64,000 nt of DNA, from positions 15,198-79,197 of IMG/VR virus record IMGVR_UViG_3300046499_000591. One strand, given 5' to 3'. The notes beneath the pieces are model-generated. The model saw only the letters and a program-made list of their open reading frames with translations, was not told where the DNA came from and ran no database searches. Each line of letters opens with the position of its first letter. The stretch's first letter is position 1. Positions 61,884-64,000 of the stretch are shown piece after piece. This DNA comes from a virus. Made by a program: the position numbers and the translations under genes.

Positions 61884-62267
61884 CTACGCCCCCGGCGGGC
61901 ATCCGCACGGCGCGGGGTCGGTCGTCCAGTCCGCTATCGCCGCGTCGTGCGCGGCGTCGTCGCGATCGGCGGCCGCGCGGAGGTTCGCGGCCTTGATGGT
62001 GAAGCCGCGTCGCTCGAGCTCGTCGGCCCGCGCCCGAACCTTCGCGACGGCCGCACGCATCGCGTAGACGTCCGCAGCGCGGGCGTACGCGGCGCAGGAG
62101 TAGTGCGACCACACCCGACGTCCAGCCGGGGTGATTCCCACCGGCTCGTAGCGGCTGACGTCCTCGGTGACTACGCCGGCGTTCTGGCACGCCGTCATTC
62201 CGGCGGGGAGGGAGACGGTCGCACCGGACGGGAAGGTGAACGTCACGGTGCGGGTGGTGGTGTTCAT
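61884..62267 (-). CDS. Hypothetical protein
   Basis: AAAGG RBS; bounded by duplicated hairpins. Confidence 0.6.
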   Translation of the reverse strand: MNTTTRTVTFTFPSGATVSLPAGMTACQNAGVVTEDVSRYEPVGITPAGRRVWSHYSCAAYARAADVYAMRAAVAKVRARADELERRGFTIKAANLRAAADRDDAAHDAAIADWTTDPAPCGCPPGA

Positions 62268-62307
62268 GTGCGGGTGGTGCCTTTCTGCGGGGCGTGGCGG
62301 GGGGTGT

Positions 62308-62342
62308 GGGCGCCCCGGCCGGGTCGAGGGGCCGGGGCGCCC
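62308..62342 (-). repeat. CTCGACC-loop hairpin
   Basis: GGGCGCCCCGGCC-GGGTCGAGG-GGCCGGGGCGCCC. Confidence 0.75.
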
Positions 62343-62390
62343 GGGTCGGACGGGGCGCGCCGGCAGGGACCGCCGGCGCGCTGCCGGCCA

Positions 62391-62750
62391 TCAGCCGACG
62401 AAGACCTGCACGTAGTTGCGGACCGCGTTCTCCAACTCCTGCACGTTGGCCGCCAGGCGCGGCAGCGCGCCGTCCGCGTTGTACCGGGTCAGCTCCCGGT
62501 CGTCGACGCCCGCGCCGTGCTCGGCGAACGTGAGGTGTGCCGCGTCGAGCTTGCCCACCGCGGGGTTCAGGACGGTCACCACGACGCCGTCGTACGTGTC
62601 CTCCCGGATCGTGCGGGCGAGGGTGAGGGTGAACACCAGGCCGCCGACCCGGCCGACCTCCTGGCGGCCGGTGACGACCGCGCCGGGGATGAACCGGCCG
62701 AGGAGGTGCAGGGACTCGAGGGCTTCGCGCTGGTTGACGGCGGTGGTCAT
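62391..62750 (-). CDS. Hypothetical protein
   Basis: CAGGAGG RBS; YDG..V.V....G.LD...L.F.EH motif. Confidence 0.65.
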   Translation of the reverse strand: MTTAVNQREALESLHLLGRFIPGAVVTGRQEVGRVGGLVFTLTLARTIREDTYDGVVVTVLNPAVGKLDAAHLTFAEHGAGVDDRELTRYNADGALPRLAANVQELENAVRNYVQVFVG

Positions 62751-62789
62751 GGGGTGCCTCCTGGGCGTTGATGGGTTGGGTGTCGGGGC

Positions 62790-62820
62790 GCGGCCCGGCC
62801 CGGTCGAGTGGCCGGGCCGC
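62790..62820 (-). repeat. CTCGACC-loop hairpin
   Basis: GCGGCCCGGCC-CGGTCGAGT-GGCCGGGCCGC. Confidence 0.7.
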
Positions 62821-62833
62821 GCGGGGTAGTTGG

Positions 62834-63181
62834 TCAGGCGGCGAGGGCCATCTGCTCGACGGCCGCGATGTACTCGGCCTTGCGGGGCTTGTAGTTGGCG
62901 CGGAGGACGGCGACCTGCGCGGCGGTGTAGTGGTGGCGCACCTTGCCCTGGTTGCGGTCGTTGCGGTCGTTGCGGACGACCCGCACCGGCTTGACGCCGA
63001 GGCGCTTGGCGACGGAGCGGAGGCCGCCCGCGACGCCCTTGGCGGTCTCGGTCGCGACACCGGCGGCGATGGCGTGGGTGGCGATCGAGCGGGCCCGGCC
63101 CCGGCGGATGGAGGAGGCGAGGCGGTGGGCGGCGGCGCGCTCCCGGACGATGCGGCGGGCCTTGGCGGTGTTCTTGTTCAT
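62834..63181 (-). CDS. Basic hypothetical protein
   Basis: CAGGAGG RBS; Arg/Ala-rich; YKPRKAEY motif. Confidence 0.65.
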   Translation of the reverse strand: MNKNTAKARRIVRERAAAHRLASSIRRGRARSIATHAIAAGVATETAKGVAGGLRSVAKRLGVKPVRVVRNDRNDRNQGKVRHHYTAAQVAVLRANYKPRKAEYIAAVEQMALAA

Positions 63182-63222
63182 CGGGTGCCTCCTGGGCTGT
63201 TCGGTCGGGCCGTCCCCGTCCG

Positions 63223-63261
63223 TGTAGCTACACTCTAAGGCGCATGTGTAGCTACACGCAA
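63223..63261 (-). promoter_or_regulatory. Leftward promoter with two TGTAGCTACA operators
   Basis: Minus-strand TTGCGT-18 nt-TAGAGT; operators at 63223 and 63247. Confidence 0.8.
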
Positions 63262-63279
63262 GGGGGTGTGGGCGAACAA

Positions 63280-63510
63280 TCAGGCGCCGGCCGCCGGCTG
63301 TCCGGGCGCGGCCGGCACGCCGACCCGCAGCAGCTCCCAGCCCTCGGGCCAGTCCTGGGCGGCGACCCACTCGAACTCGGCGACGGCGGCGGCCTCCGCG
63401 GCCTCGTCGCTGCCGTACTCCTCGGCGGTGAAGTAGCTGGGCTCGAACACCGACTCGTCATAGGGCCGTCCGTGCTCGTCGACGGCGTGGAGGATGAACA
63501 GAGCGGCCAT
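63280..63510 (-). CDS. Small acidic hypothetical protein
   Basis: AAGGAGG RBS; very acidic, 76 aa. Confidence 0.6.
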   Translation of the reverse strand: MAALFILHAVDEHGRPYDESVFEPSYFTAEEYGSDEAAEAAAVAEFEWVAAQDWPEGWELLRVGVPAAPGQPAAGA

Positions 63511-63658
63511 GACGGCCTCCTTCGTGCGTTGTGGGCGTGCCTGGGGGCGTTCCCGGGCGGATTGCGACGGCACCAGCCGGCGGGGCTGGGGGCGTGGCGA
63601 ACGGTCCGGGGGTGGCCGGCTCCCGTCCGGTCGAGTGACGGGAGCCGGCCGGGGGCGG

Positions 63659-64000
63659 TCAGCCCATGCGGCGGCTCTCCTGGAGGAAGGAGCGGGCGCC
63701 GTCGCGCGCCAGGCGGTCGGTCTCGTTCGTGATGGCGCACGTGCTCTGCGACTCGCCGCGCATGAGCACCTCCATGCAGTCCTCGCGGACGCTCTCCACG
63801 GCCTTGGCGGCGCCGGCCTTCTCCATGCGGCGGAGGACCTGGCGCCAGGGCTGCGCCTTGGCCTGGGCCTCCATGACCGGCTTGAGGGTGTAGGAGTCGA
63901 TCTGGCGGCCGGCGGTGACGACGTCGACCAGGGCGGCGCGGGCGCTCTCCTCGCGGCGGACGGCCATCTCGGCGGTGAAGCGGACGTTCTCGGCGTAGTC
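63659..64000 (-). CDS. Hypothetical protein (5'-truncated by the window edge)
   Basis: Frame open to the window end; helical. Confidence 0.55.
   Translation of the reverse strand, partial: DYAENVRFTAEMAVRREESARAALVDVVTAGRQIDSYTLKPVMEAQAKAQPWRQVLRRMEKAGAAKAVESVREDCMEVLMRGESQSTCAITNETDRLARDGARSFLQESRRMG

Noticed and set aside
62949-62975. 9-bp tandem repeat (GTTGCGGTC) in a small basic gene
   Set aside because: Only encodes RND-RND-RNQ; too short to imply contingency or array function.
1-64000. tRNA/rRNA genes, reverse transcriptase (DGR or retron), terminase, portal, IS transposase
   Set aside because: No supporting motifs seen by eye; terminase and portal presumably lie outside the window.

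Overview
High-GC (Streptomyces-like) temperate siphovirus segment that looks like a phage-plasmid rather than an integrating prophage. 1-18.8 kb (+): virion and lysis operon (prohead protease/scaffold, major capsid, connectors, tail tube, frameshifted tail chaperone, tape measure, minor tail proteins, papain-like protease, GH25+CHAP endolysin). 18.9-34.6 kb: accessory region with an apparently inactive tyrosine-recombinase-fold gene opposite a GntR regulator, HicAB-like and Phd/Doc-like toxin-antitoxin pairs, a coiled-coil protein with a pentamer inverted repeat, a Cre-like recombinase with an adjacent 11-6-11 lox/dif-like site, a GP88-like Cys-triad protein, a lipoprotein, and an XRE-headed module. 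This region also holds two cas-less type I-E-like single-spacer CRISPR mini-arrays flanking an HTH/Zn gene and a structured RNA candidate, the most interesting locus in the window. 34.7-56.6 kb: early/replication region (Rad52-like annealase, WhiB, Rep with internal DnaA-box-like sites, ParA, non-canonical partner, three parS-like palindromes, RusA, SSB, C5 methyltransferase). 56.7-64 kb (-): small-gene cassettes behind conserved promoters that carry paired TGTAGCTACA operators. Terminase and portal are not in the window. All assignments come from reading motifs by eye; no searches were run.
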